A DNA stretch of 64,000 nucleotides. Source: Balanoglossus misakiensis. Taxonomy: Eukaryota; Animalia; Hemichordata. Made by a program: the position numbers and the translations under genes. The notes under the pieces were generated by a model. That model saw nothing but the letters and a program-made list of their open reading frames with translations. It ran no database searches and had not been told where the DNA came from. Shown here piece after piece: positions 39,816-58,432 of the stretch. Positions within the stretch are counted from its first letter, which is position 1, and each line of letters opens with the position of its first letter. Location: the NCBI GenBank assembly GCA_040954595.2, contig CM082578.2:8541519-8605518 (forward strand). Reading direction: 5' to 3'.

Positions 39816-40620
39816 TTACAATCCCGCCAAATAAGTGTTGGCCGTCTGTGACTGGCACTTTCCGACGTTTAACTGTATTCGTGCAATAACATTTTACAAT
39901 TTATTTTGTTTGATTTACGTCATCACAACGACATCTACCGGAAATTGTGTCGACCTTTCTCTACACTACATTGTACAAGGACAATAAGTGAATATCATGG
40001 TGTAAGCATCTGGAAGAGGGTTGGTATATAAACGGGGCGCCAAAATAGCTTCATCAACGCACATTTTCAAAAATATCCAAAACGTAACACAACATTTCTG
40101 AAGATAGGTGCTGCGTAGTAAAATATGATTGAATATTTCTAAGACTATGACATTTTCAGAGGTTATTTGTTTGCTACGTGAAGTTAGTGTCGATTGGTCC
40201 GGGAATGGTGGGAACCTGCGTGGCTTATCCACACATATTAGTGCCTCAAAATCACTAAAATTACCCGACTACAGAAAATAACTATTTTACACTTGTCCGC
40301 ACAGAAATGTAACGAAGTGTTGTTTATTAAAATTTACTTGTTGAACTTATTTTGTCGGAGAGATTTATAATTTGCCAGTCAGTAAACAATTACTGCACCG
40401 GTCATCTTTCCAAATTATTTCTTTTGGAGCTTCGAAAATAAATGTTTTTGATGATGATTCAAAGGGAGAACCATCTGATTTCTGGGGGTGGGTGGATGAT
40501 TTTGGTATGTCAGCATTTTTTCAGGCATTGTTACATTGGATATTCTAACTTCATCCATTCAGTCTACAATTTGGATCACGTCTTTGATATGGACGAGTGA
40601 CTATATTCTTGGTATTGATG

Positions 40621-40700
40621 TACGCCCTCTGTGGCAAAAGAAATGTCCTTCTTGTTTTTGTAACACTAGAGGGCGCGGTAGTGATTGTCAAACATGGCTA
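40621..40700. promoter_or_regulatory. Putative USP promoter with inverted pair of CTCF-like motifs and an ATGGC initiator-like motif
   Basis: CGCCCTCTGTGG (40623) and CACTAGAGGGCGC (40664-40676) form an inverted pair, followed by CAAACATGGCT at ~40689, ~240 bp upstream of the USP ATG. Confidence 0.5.
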
Positions 40701-40929
40701 CGGATGACAACTGGCTTTTATAATATCAGATTATACGACTAAATTTATGGATGATCGTCAACAACGAAGGAAGGGGACACTACGCACCCAAATGCACAAT
40801 GTTGGATTTGAATATTTGTTTTCTAAGAATCCCACACAGCCAAGGTATATCGTGATTTGACATCGATAGAACCCAGACCGATCGGTGTTGTTCTCCATGA
40901 ACTTTTGTTGACAACTACCGAAATTCAGA

Positions 40930-43900
40930 ATGAAGCATGCTGCATTCTCCCTGGAAACTTTGTGGTTAATTTTCACCGAGAACTTTTTACCGTGGAGTAT
41001 TATAAGTCGCTGTGTAATGGAAATCACCATATTTATGGCTGTGGATGCTGTGGTGAAAATGTTTCTCAAAGAAACAAGGTAAGTGTCTCGCTGACTCGGA
41101 CATGCACGTACATTGATACAGAAACCACAACAACACCGACAGTGACATGGTTGTTAGTACTTCCGTATGTAATGTGCATTTGAATTCGAAACGTTTCAAA
41201 TTTCCCATATATTTTTATCCCAAAACAACTAGCATGTTCATAAACTGCATGGCTCTCACAGATAGGATATTGAGTACCGCGGCACCGTTCAATGACAACC
41301 ACATATACATGTACACATTGGGCTATTCACCACGGGGTCAACCGTAAGGACAGTAAGGTCAACGGGGTGACGCGTTACCTAAACAATACGTTTACATTTA
41401 ATGCAGCTTGTATATAGTTCAAGGATGGTTCACGCTTCCAAAAACGCACTGTCTGTGTTACCATATCAATATGTCACATGAAATTCATGAACACAATGAA
41501 AACCAAAATGTTATCTGATCATCATACTAACATATGGGACGGTAGTTGTATGGGGTTCCTCCATACAGAATCATAGACAGGAACTTGCAGTGTATTAACT
41601 GTACGTTATTCATTGTAAGCCATATTAAGACCTTTAAATCTGCCAGATACACCAGAATAGAATAATCTTCATAAAAAAGTGAAGTTGGGGCAGCCCGGCA
41701 CTATAACAATGTCACAGTGACCTTGATGGTCGGTTTATTCTGAGGCAACAATAATTGATATGATGACGGTCATTGAGAATCTAAACGGCTGTGCATACGA
41801 CCTTGTGACCTTTAATAGTCTGGTATGGTGGTTGGCTTCATGCTTGTCATACTCATCATAGCATTCATTTCTTGGCCATTGTAAAGTCTCTGACAAGGGT
41901 AGCCTTTTTTTTTTGTGAGATAATAAGAAATGATATCAAACAGTTACAAACTAGGTCCAATGACCAGGGGAATAATTGTTAAGTGCATTGAGATGTATTA
42001 CATAATGCGCTATATGTAAGAAAATATAATTTTTATTATTGGATTATTTGATAAATCATGCAATATTATCAATAAAATCCAGCTATGTAGGGTGAAAATT
42101 GATAAGATGATTTGGTCATATTTTTTAGATATTTTATGAGTGTTAATAATGTAATTTCAAAAAATAGGTCACTGGTCCAAATGCACACATTTTCCAAAAC
42201 ATATGATAAAAATTTTACTCTTCTGGGATTGTCCCCCACTTAATACCATATACATACACTGTAATATGTAAAATTTTGAAATCAAAAACTTTAGAGTTCC
42301 AATCTATAGTTCCTTAGTGAATGTAATTTTAATAGAAAACGTAGAAGAAAACATCTTAGTTGAGAATCTTTTTTTTTCATGCAGATCTGTTCGAGAGAAG
42401 TACAAGATCTGGTTGTATGAATCTTTGACCCTGATACTTGTGAGCGGTGTGATAGCAGTCACATACCACAGACCATATGTGCTCTTGTCATTGACCATTG
42501 GGACAATCTGGTACACTGTATCATGGGGAAGGACTCAGGTATATAGTGGATCAGTTCTTCCTGCAATGGAATTCAGATCATCGAACTGGGATTCAGGAAG
42601 CGTGCTTTCCGGTTCACTGCAGAGAGAAGCGCCGGAAGATTCCCCCTCCCGGCTGCTGGCAAGACCAGGAATACGCCAACAGCCAGAGCCGATTCAACTT
42701 GCGGATAGTCCGGAAATCAAAAGGAGTTCCAGGGTGACCGGGCGGCTGTCCGACAGCAAGATCGCCAACCCGGCCGTCGCCAGTCTGAGGGAAGTCAGAC
42801 TGTCCCGGTCTTTCCCTCAAATCTCCACTCACCAAAACGGCGGCGCCGGCGGCTTGAAAGGCAAACTGTGGTCGTGCCTCGGCTACAGCAGCGTGCCGAC
42901 CCCGCCCGGACTGTCGAACGGCGGGCAGAACGTCTGCTTCATCAACTCGGTGCTCCAGTGTTTGGCCCACACTCCGTCATTCGTCGCCGCGTTGGAAGAC
43001 CAGACGCAGAGTCTCACCGCGGGCCAATCGGAGATGGCGTTTGTGACCAGCCTGTGCGGTCTTCTGCAGACTCTGAACGTGCATCCAGCGGAGAGGCGCA
43101 GTTCGAGCCTTGTCATCAGCACGGACGCTTTCCGCAGCACGGTCAACCGACTCTGCCCGAGCCTGGTCGCGAATCCGTTCAGCGAAGTGCAGTCGCAGCA
43201 GGACGCGGCCGAGTTTCTCACCTGGCTCTTGAGCACCTTGCAGGCAATTCTCAATCGCATAAGGACATCAGCCGCGCGGAGTGCGGCCCTCGCCGACATG
43301 GAATCCACAATGCTGTTCGTCTACGGCAATTTGAGCGCCAGCAGAATCGGCCAACTGAAGGAGCATTTCCGACACGAGATCGAAAGCGCCAACGGCCTGG
43401 ACCTCGACTCGTACATCGACGCGGTCACCTCCCTGGCCGACCTGGAGTGGCTGGGCCACTGCCGGGCCAACAGCTCGGCCGTCGACGAGATCTTCGCGGG
43501 CCAGCTGGTGGATTTCCGCCGCTGTCTCATGTGCAGTCGCGTCTCCCTCACCACGGAGGCGTTCACGGTGCTCCCGGTGCCGGTCACCGAGTGCCAGACG
43601 ATCGCCCGAGACGCCCTCTCCGTGCACTTACAGGAGTGCTTCGAGAGATTCAGCGCGGTGGAAGAGCTCGACGGCCGGGACAGTCTGACGTGCACGTGCA
43701 CGGCCATCCGGGGGAACCGCAACGTGGCCGAGGTGATGCAGCGGCGGTCGCTCCGCATCAAACAGCGCCTCGACAGAAGCGTGTCCGACTCGGGGCTGTT
43801 GAAGAGCGCCGCCGAGAGGAACGGCAACACCGACAGTGACAGCAGCAGCAGCAGCAGCAGTTCTGGTAGTTTCGTGCCGGGTAGGCGGAAGTCGCTGGTA

Positions 43901-44287
43901 CGGAAACTGCCGCAGTGCCTCGTGATACAGTTGATGAGGTTTCAGTACGATCCGATAAGTCTGGCAACCTGTAAGAGACACACTCCCATATACATACCGG
44001 TCACAGACTTCGAACTCAGAGACGTGGTCTTTGATTTTTTCATAAAGCACGAAGCGGGCGTCGATACTAACACGAACCACACTTACGCGCTCTGCGGTGT
44101 GTGTTTACATCTGGGCGGTCAGGGGGCGTCCTGCAGACACTACATCTCTTACTGCCTGGCGCTCGACGACAAGTGGTACAAGTTTGACGACGATGTTGTC
44201 ACCCTGGTAACAGACATGGATAGGGAATCTAACACGGAGCTCTTCCAAGAGAATGCGTACTTGTTATTCTACAAAAGGCAACAATAA
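40930..44287 (+). CDS. Ubiquitin carboxyl-terminal hydrolase (USP/peptidase C19) with N-terminal hydrophobic segments, 2 exons, 683 aa
   Basis: Exon 1 40930-41078 (MKHAAFSLETLWLIF...KET AG|gtaagt) joins in phase to exon 2 42385-44287 (tttcatgcag|A TCT GTT). Cys box GLSNGGQNVCFINSVLQCL, QQDAAEFL, zinc ligands CLMC/CTC, LPQCLVIQLMRF, His box HLGGQGASCRHYISY, WYKFDD, AYLLFY. Confidence 0.9.
43838..43864 (+). repeat. Coding (AGC)n repeat encoding poly-Ser in a USP insertion loop
   Basis: gacagcagcagcagcagcagcagttct = DSSSSSSSS. Confidence 0.85.
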
Positions 44288-46242
44288 CACCAGGATGCTG
44301 CTTAGGGAAAACAAAGAGGCTAAACTATGAATTGAAAATCAATTTTCTATGCATCTTTTAATCATCAACTGAGTCATCCAGTACTGTTCGAGACAGTATA
44401 ACTTTTAATGATAACCTTGCGAGAAGGTTGAATAAATAAAATTGGGATGATGCAATCATGAAGTGCAATCATGACAAGAAATGTTTCCATGTCATTTTTA
44501 AATGGACACACTTCGCGCATAATCAGACACATTTTCTACTGGGTGTGGTAATCAAAAAGCATGTATTTCAGAGATTGTCTTTTGTCTAATCTATGAAAGG
44601 TGTCCCTGATCAAATGTAATTATGCATGTACATGTATGTACAATGTATGTATGCATGCATGCATGCACTGCACATACGTACATACAGACATGTACCTGCA
44701 TTCAAATGTACGGTAACACACACCCAGACAAGGATTTGACTTTAATTTTTAAAGAGAGTTTCAAGATGACCAATGTAAAGACACCAGTCGGGATCTGAAA
44801 ACTCGATTTATTTTCATTTTTAGTGGAATTGGTACAGAGTGCCAGGTCATACTTTCTATGCATGATAACCTGACAATGAAGACAAGACAACTCACACACC
44901 AGTGTGAATGACACTCGTGCGATGCCGTCAACCCATACAGTGCTGGCAGCAGATGAACAAGTGTGACAAGTAAATAGGTTTATATACAAATCTGTCACCA
45001 ATGCAGATGATACCGTTGCATAGCTTTACAGAGGGCATGCAGCTCGGACATGAAGTCATTCCATACTTTCCTACACATTTCAAAAATTCACAGGCAAGTA
45101 CATCATTTTGTCAGCGTACACTCAACCATCACCACCATCATTGCCTACATGTATCTCTGGCTTGACTCTTATTTGAGTTCCTCTTGACTTGAATTATTCA
45201 TGGAATACAGGTGTTCTTTGCATTGCAATGACGTGAAGAAATGTCCAAATGTTTTTGACAAAGTTAGGGAAATCACTTTGTTAACAGATTTGAATCTACG
45301 CCTTATCAAGTTATTCATTTATAATGAATTCATGTTTTTAAAATGAAAATTCACATAAATTAATAAAGATATTAGCAATAATAAAAATAAAACAGCCAGT
45401 AAAAAAAATCTGACGTAAAATCAATTGATTGTAAACGTAGAAATGAAATCTCTCTTCAGTATTGAAATGAGAATAACGACTCAACCAGAATCATTCATTC
45501 ATTCAAAAATATACAGTCCCTGTTCTGCCACAAGAACAGACACTGACACCAGCACTTGCACTTCTGTTTATGCACCTGGTACACACTTGCATTCATTCAT
45601 TCATACAAACCTACATACAGACTGATATACATAAATTTATCGTCACATCTACTCTGGAGTTTGGATTACGTACACATGAAGTCTCCATGGCAGTGTACAG
45701 GAAGCCCTGTCTAAAACAAAATCCTGAATAAACCAGAAACGTGACCTCTGCAGACCACTTCCTTACTATACTGCTCACAAGGTGTGTATATTAACAACAC
45801 ACCTGCACACACTGAACAGTTTTCTATCGCAAGTTTTTTTAGTTTGGAAATGTTTCACTGCAGAAAAGACATTCGTGGAGCAGACATGTATTCGACAAAT
45901 TGGACAGCGTAGTGCCCAAGCGTTCCCCTGTTAGCCGAGTGCACAAACTTTTCCCGAAATTGTAGCCAAAAACCAAACAGTAAATCACACGGCATGGCAT
46001 CGGACGCATCACTGAGCAATTGCACATACTGATAACACAAGGATAAGTTAACTTCATTGTGCAGTCCTTGTAGAAACTCTGGAAATTGCCTTGATTGTCC
46101 CCGTTGAAGTTGGAAATGTCCTAAGAGAAACCCATTTTCGACACCAATTTACGCAAAACACTTCAATGTGTTGTATGTATATGCAGGGGGCAGGAAAGAC
46201 GGTGGCAACCCTTGACCTATGTGACAATGCTGGGGTCAGGGG

Positions 46243-50762
<4,520 letters not shown>

Positions 50763-51539
50763 GTTCTACCTGTCAGTCTCTGTCACCCAGCGTCTGGATG
50801 TATGTCACTTTACCATGAGGGTTGTACAGCTGAAAATTACACTGAGAAGTTGAACATCAAGGTCAGGTCATGTATAAAGGAGGAATGTACAAGTTTGCAC
50901 CTTGTCATCGTTTAGTTCAATGTTGGTGGGCACAATTTGCTTAATATTCCCCAGAACAATATGAGATCTCTGCATGTTCATGATACTTGCAAAAACCCAT
51001 AGAGAATATCATCATTTTGTTCTCCGAAAAATTAAACTGTAAAAAAAGTGTATGCCAAATGATCATATTAGAGATCCGTCCCAAATGCACTGAAGAAACC
51101 CAACAATTACCACTTGCAAGTAAACGCACGCTATTTAGAAACAGGGATATTTGGTGATGGTTCAACTATGAAATTTACGTTTGGACGGCTACTGGTACAT
51201 GGTGCCGTACGGAATCTGGGCCACAGACAAGTTCGGGTTTTCCAGTCAAGCATGTTTTCTTCCCCAGTGGCAGTGTAACGTGTTTCATTTAATTGGGCAT
51301 TCATTAATCTTAGTGCATCTTTATTTCTCATTCCATCCTCTACGGTACGGGGAAAATGGCTTATCCTTCACTATTTGTTGCTGTTTATATATACAGGTAG
51401 GGCGGCCTTCTCACTGACTGTCAGTGTGTCTATGCATTGCACTGTCAGCACTTCCGGGGTGGTGACTTTTCTGGCAATGGCAAATGAATACTCGTTTTAA
51501 AACTACATGTACTAGAATGTGGCATTGTTGTAAGCGGAC

Positions 51540-52040
51540 TTACGTTCTTACTGGGATTGCTGTACGGCTGCCATAAGTTTGATGCCGGGCGCTTGATCGA
51601 TACGGGCAGCGCTCACCCGATTTCACCGGCCCGTCGCCATTTTGATTCACTTGTTATTCTGCCTCGTTCCTAAATATAAATTTAATATGTATGTTGTTCC
51701 CACTTTTCAGACTGTCCATACATTTATCTCGGCAAAATATCATAATTATGTGATACAAAGGAAATAAGTGTATTATTAGGCCATTAAAGACAATGTTATT
51801 GTCTATAGTTTCGTGTGAGAAAATAAATGAAACGACGAGGATACATAGAGGTCAAATAAGGTCATTAAGTTTGTCACATGCCCAGCCAGGTGAGTATTTA
51901 TTTACATAACAAAACAATACACCTCTACACAAGTCACAGTGCTATATGATTAGATTATACGCACTCCGATGTACATTACAATGTGCGTGTCCAGTAGTAT
52001 GGGTGTTGCGTAGCCGATCTCAACATTATCACGGACATTA
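51540..52040. promoter_or_regulatory. Probable bidirectional promoter between KLHL12 and TMEM116, including a KLHL12 5' UTR exon
   Basis: CpG-rich minus-strand segment starting AAAATGGCGACG (~51643) and ending at GTAAG donors (~51551/51543), with an acceptor at 50831-50830. Plus-strand donor CAG|GTGAGT at 51889. Confidence 0.55.
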
Positions 52041-55000
52041 TGGGTGGGAACGACACTTTCCTTACGGAAGATCAGGTATGGTGTTTGAGACCTACACCAG
52101 AAAGAATTTGCTCACCCGGCATTAACTATAAGTTAGCCGATCGATCAGTACAAGCTTAGTCGTAATTGCATGTTTGGGTCCATAATTGTGTTAATAAGCC
52201 AATTATGCGCACCAATTAACACACCACCATGGAAGTCTTGAAACTGTAAATTTAATATTTTGCTGGTACCTTGTCAATATGCCAACTTCTGCCAAGTTCT
52301 GCGTGAGGTCATATTGTCACTCTTGAAACTATGATCCTCATGATTAATATATGTAGATCATGTAATATGTATTGCTTTATCAAATTGGATTTTATTAATT
52401 TTCAGATGCGAAGTGTCAGCATTGCCGAAATATCAACAAGTTGTTTGAGGTATTGTACTTTTAAACTGTATACAGTTAGTAACATATTTAAATTCGGAAA
52501 ATTAGGCCAACTGAAGAATCAAGTGTATTTAAAGCGATTGACACACTTTGGATAGTTGGAAGGTATTGCTGCGCTGAATGTGTCTTTGAAAATCATCAAC
52601 GAAAGTTGTCAGAATATGCGCAGATAAAGAGTTGATTGTCACCAAATTAAAACATCGGAAAAATTGCACTGGACATGTGAATACGCACTTGGTAGTAGTA
52701 AAGGTTTACCTCTCTTGAAAACGAAATCGGAGATGTGCGTGCTCAGTGAAGAACAATGCCCCCATTCTATTCCGTGTGTTTATTACCAACAGACAACCCC
52801 TTGTATTCCTGGGGTCAATGCATTGAATGTGAATGACTGGGGTATTGTTCACGTATATCGGTGATAGTGAGTCCCCATAACACTTAAGAAGCAGTGTCTT
52901 ACCTGTATTACCACTGCTTTCAGCAAAGTCTTACTCCCCCCCCAAAAAAAAAAAAAAAAAAAATATTGGGATCACCAAACTTGAGGGAACTTTTGACATA
53001 AAGTTTTATGTGACAAATTTATCTATTTGCCAATAATAAATTATAATAGTGTTATTTTAAGTTCTAATGTAAATCTTGCTGTGAGTTCGTATCCCTACCA
53101 CTTCCTCGTCTGTAGATTGTTGCCCCACTTCCCAACAACATACAGACGAGAAAGTGGCTGGGATACAGACTTTCTTACAGCAAATGTAAATCTACATTTT
53201 GTTGCACAGAACATAATTTCTGTCCAGTGCTTTAATTTGGAACGAAGTAATAATTAAAACGATGAAAAAGAAAACACAGTTTACAGTAAACTGTACAATC
53301 AGTCATGGAAGATTATAAGTCTTGCTTATACTTTGAGGCAGACTGTGATGCAATTGACAAATATGAACAAATGAGACGGCAGAATGTGACATCAGCATAA
53401 AAAAAGATTAAGAAAAGATTATCGGGCATTCACCTTGTGGGTCGATATCGTGTCGCATGCTTGAGAACGTGCAAGGGTTTTTGCAAACAGTTAAGCGGTG
53501 ACCTTTGACCTGTTTTTGTCTGATGTTTCGGCTTGTGACTATCCCAGGGAAGTTGGGCATATCTGTTATTTTCAACAAAGTACAAAGTCACACACATCAT
53601 GGTCAAATTTTGCACTTTGCACGTTTATAGTTGGTAGTTTCTTTTTTTCACAAATCTTTCTTGTTTCTATGTCTATATCCGTGTCAATATCTGGACGGCA
53701 ACTGATGTCAGAATAACCTTCTATATCATTACACAATCAAAAAGAAACGTGTAAACTTAAAAAGTTTTCTTCCTTTTTTTTTCTATAGCATCTTCGGTGC
53801 AAGTTCAGTAATAATTTTTGCAATATGGAAGAGGAAAGTATGCCAGCCTGAGGTAGGTTTGTTATAGTCTCCTAATACCAGTATAGATAAGTTTTGTAAA
53901 TTCTTTATTTCAAACAAAAATTGAATGATTAAACCACACCATCATACTATAAAGCATACATTCATTCACTTTTAAAAGTTCCCAGAAAGTCACAATTTAG
54001 GTCCAAAATGTTCCAGTTTATATATATTCTTGATAGTCTCACAAGTTTGAATCAAAGTTCATCCTTCAGTTTTTTAGAGTTGATTGTTCTTTATACATGT
54101 ACCTCATCTTGTATCTTGTTTCTAAGGTCCATCCAATCTTCCATCTATCGCTGGCTGATCTGTTTGCATCGCTTTTCCTTACCGTTGGGTGTGTGCTCTA
54201 TCTAATAGATAGAGACAATTATGACCAAGGATGCATGATCGTCATTGGTATGTCTATGGTAAGTTTTACTTTTGAGACAATGCAGTATATACATGTATGT
54301 GTCAGTTAATGCAATTACCAAGTATTTTCCACATGCGAAATTCTGCGACATTGTGATGGTTGTGCCTTTAATTGAGTTGGTGAAGTATAGAAAGTATATT
54401 TATGATTTTTCAACCTAATTGATTATGATAATGCAGATCGCTGTTGTCAATGCATTTTGTGATAGGCTGGGAAGTTGTTTACAAGAGATTCAAGTGCTTA
54501 AATTAGACAGGTATGCAAGAAAAAATATGCGTCTATTTGTGTGGATTCAACTTCTGCAAATTGTCTGATGAAAATAAATCTCAGACTAATCCATTATGTA
54601 ACTTCTTTTTTCTCCCTTACGTTTACAGACTTTTTTCCTCTGCACATTCTTCTTAACCCTAACCTATGCAATTGAAGTTTATGTCCGTATGAAAAAAAGA
54701 TTAGACAGGAAACCAATGAGAGAATCAGTAAGTTTGTTTTAATATGTGAAAATGATTAAAACTTTTTTTATTATATGCGTGTCTGATGATTTTGAATTAT
54801 TTTATACGGGAAATTAAAACCTGGGTGATAATTGTAACAACTGAATATTGTACTATCGTTTTATATTTCAGATATACGGACATTTTCATGGTGTTTATTT
54901 AATGTATATCCTTTCATGGGTCACGCCTTTCCTCTGTGCAGTGTGTGTGCTCACCTATTCCGTTGTTGTCTACGTTCCAGTAACTGCGCAGTCAAACGAT

Positions 55001-56992
55001 GATTGTCCAAATTTTGAGTAGGTATTCTTTGCTTTGAAGTCCAGAGAAAAAGAATATTGTGAAAATTTTAATTTTGCATGAAGTTTTTGTATTACACCAG
55101 GAGTTTCTCTCTCTCTCACAAAATAGTATTTCCAAATCTGGGTTCACACACTAAAGACAGATCAGTGATATCTGTTTTGTCCCCCCCCCCCCCCCCCCCA
55201 GTTTTCCAGTTTTAATCTCATGTTTGAGCTATTTCCTCTTTTATTTCAAGGTGTGTCTTATTGGTGCACCATAGATCAGTAAAGTGTGTGGTAAGTGGTT
55301 TATTTTTGTTTTGCTTTGTTTTCTAATTAGTCTAGTATCAACAGTTTACAAACACAAAACAAGTGAATAAAAATCAGTCAACAGTTAGATTTTAATTATC
55401 ATTGTCCTTGAAGTCCACACCCTTCAGTTTATCTATATTCAGCTACCGAAAATAGTCATGTTTCTTCTGTTTTTATTTGCATGTTACAGCATGAAGAAGA
55501 GCGCCCTGTGTATCAGCTCTCCAAACTTATATTTTTACTTCCTTTGTTGTTGTCACTTCTGGGAAACCTTGTAAGTATACATGTATGATCAGTTGTTTTT
55601 GTTGTTCATTTCTTTGATTGATTGATTGCAGCCTATGGTGTTTAAATTTAAGTTCTTTATTAATTTCACTTAAATGCTGGGCCCTGATGTGAATTAATGT
55701 ACATGCATGTAACTACGGTTTGACCTACAAATCGGGTATTCATAACAAAAACTGTATCAGTTATTTGTTTTAGGGAAAACGTACACCTTCCTGCTATTGT
55801 TTAAGAAGTAGAGCACCATTTAATACTTTGGACTTGTGACCTTAAAATAGGCACAATGTCACACAGTTGGAACTTGCCATCAGTTGTGCACTTTACACCA
55901 CCTTTGTGCCTGACACATTTCAGTTAATAATTTTGGTGTGGGCAAACTGAGTGCTGTCTGTGTATGCAAACACAAAAATCATGTGCTGTCAGTACTGTTT
56001 GTTGTGTGCCATTGTTTTCATGGTGACTCAGCACAGGCATTTGACATCTATGTTATATTGATCGTGTAAGATTTGTTTGGTGATACCATGGCAGTGTCAT
56101 GAGGTCCTATGAAAAAGCAAAATAAACATTACATGCCACTTGTATAGTCACTCGAGACCGCATATTAAATTTGGTGTAGTGACCTGTCTCATCTTCACTT
56201 TCAGGTGCTGTACTTTTTAACTCACAAAGCATTGAAACGGATGCATGTTAGCAGTGGAGTGGTTGGACCCAGGCAATATATAGACGCAGCACGGGTTCGC
56301 AACCGAGCTATCCTCTACTGTGCCATGTTTTGTATGTGCTGGCTGCCATGTGAGTGACAGATAATGATTATTGGGTGCTTCTTTTGTACAACTATGATGG
56401 GAAGTGGACAGATTGTGGGGTAGATATACGGTAGATAGCTTACACAAGCAAGCAGACAGACAGACTAACAGACAAATGCAGACAAATAAATGTAGTTGTA
56501 TGTAGAAAATCTTAATAATGTACCACACCTCATGTGCACCGTATCTCTGCCTTTACAGCCGTTACACTGGGTCTGATTTCATACATTGACGGTTTCAACA
56601 TGCAAAATTACTTCTGGCTGTATATGCTGCAGGTAGGTGGAAACAATCGAAGCCTTCTATGTACACACAACACAAAGACAAATTGGAACTCTTTAGTGGC
56701 AGTTTCACATCACTCTATATATGGATTTGGGAGTTGAATTTAAAAGCGTCAGGTGATGAATGTCACAGAGGGAAACTGTCCTGACACGCGCTGTTCTTCC
56801 ACTTGTAACTTACAGGCATGCACCACACCGCTGCAAGGTTTACTCAACTGCATCATCTACGGCTGGCAAAGGAGAGGTTTTCAGATCGCCTTCAACATCA
56901 AGCGCCGCCACACGCAGATCGAGAAATTCCAGAGCTTGTCCGTGAGCGGCGACAGCCTCCTGTCGGGCTACAATACATTCTCCACTATTTGA
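52040..56992 (+). CDS. TMEM116: Transmembrane protein 116-like (GPCR-like 7TM), 11 coding exons, 345 aa
   Basis: Motifs SIFGASSVI, PEVHPIFHLSLADL, SSGVVGPRQ...LYCAMFCMCWLP and LYMLQACTTPLQGLLNCIIYGW parallel vertebrate TMEM116. Exons: 52040-52075, 52406-52449, 53789-53852, 54127-54258, 54629-54727, 54872-55017, 55251-55290, 55490-55570, 56205-56349, 56559-56632, 56816-56992 (1038 nt). The first exon is the least certain. Confidence 0.85.
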
Positions 56993-58367
56993 TGATTCTC
57001 AGGCTGGACTGAAGGCTGAATTGTAACATTCCGTCAGTGAGTACATGAAGGTGCGAGGTACCTGGGGATCGGACGCGACTCGCCTCTGTGACGAAGTTGA
57101 GATTTGTGGAAACATGCTGAATTTGTTTTTGAGAATTCGGTGCCTCTAAAATCACCCTACCTCTGACACTGTGGCTAAAGTTGTTGAGGATGATCTGAAA
57201 CTTTCTTTAAGTTGTGAGCACCTGTAAGTCTGCAGATAAGGTCTGAGTTTTGACCATTGCAAGCTGTTGAACAGTTGTGGCAGTGAGATGGCTGTTACAT
57301 GGACAGCGCCATCTACGAGTCATGTCAACCGTGATTTTGTTTTTATTTGCTATGGATTTCACTAAACTTTTCCCATTGGTCAGTTGTGAATCTTCGTGTT
57401 AATGTTGACTCGGCTCACACTGATTCAGAAATCAGTTGAAATAGATTTGCTTTCTGTTTGTTCTTTGTTGACGTTTTGAATTATCATTGCCCATACACCT
57501 CTTCAAGCCTGTGGCTGGAGGTTGGGAGTATTTGAACTCTCTGGAACCAATGACTGACATGGTCAGGCATTCTTTCAAATGAAGTACATGTACTTAAAGA
57601 AAATTAAAATTGGTTTAACCATTATCCTGGTTGTATTTACATAAACAAATTTTTGTTTATATTATATTTAACTCTGAATGGATTATTGTTTATTTTCTAA
57701 ATGCATGATTATTCACAAACATCCTTTGCCCAATGTGATATTACCAGTCTATGAAGGATAATTATAATTTAACAAAGATTAATAATCAAAGTTTCAGCAT
57801 TTTATGTCAAATTGAAAACTGCAACTGGTGTAGAACTAGTAGTAACAGTAATACACACGTTTCACAATGCAATTCTGGGTATGCTGCCATTTGTAAATTA
57901 TGCAGTTTTACAAGTACATGTACTATGCTTGTAAAGCCATCAAAGTTTGTATAAATGTATTTACCCTCATTTTACTATACGCTTTAAAGTTAATTTTTAT
58001 TTCCCATGATGCAATATTTACCTGAGGCTATGAATATTCATTACTTTCTTTTCAAGGTTACTGTCTTAGTAACATTGGTTACAAGCATTATTTATGTGAA
58101 CAACATTTTATATTTAATCATGTTAAATTGCCAAGACAGACCTTTGTCGAAGATGGTTGTTTCATATGATGGATCGTTTGGGATCATTGGTAGTATTCAA
58201 GTACTTGAGCATCTTCTTCAGACATGATCATGAGACCACCTTTCACAAATTTGAACATATGTCATCTTTTTTTTTGAAAAACCATGGTTGTCAGGATGTT
58301 TCAATATTTGCACAGTATTTTTTTTTATAAAAATCAGTGAATTCATGAAATGCCCTCTCCTCCCAAT

Positions 58368-58432
58368 GAATAAAATTCAAGGATGTGTTCAAATTATTTA
58401 TAAACATGTAAATAAATTATTATTAAATAAAT
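58368..58432 (+). terminator. Cluster of AATAAA signals, likely 3' end of TMEM116
   Basis: AATAAA at ~58369, ~58411 and ~58426, about 1.4 kb after the stop codon. Confidence 0.4.

Noticed and set aside
42498-44080. Long overlapping ORFs in other frames and strands of the USP exon (e.g. 323 aa)
   Set aside because: An expected by-product of high GC3 codon usage; the translations are Arg/Gly/Pro-rich with no domains.
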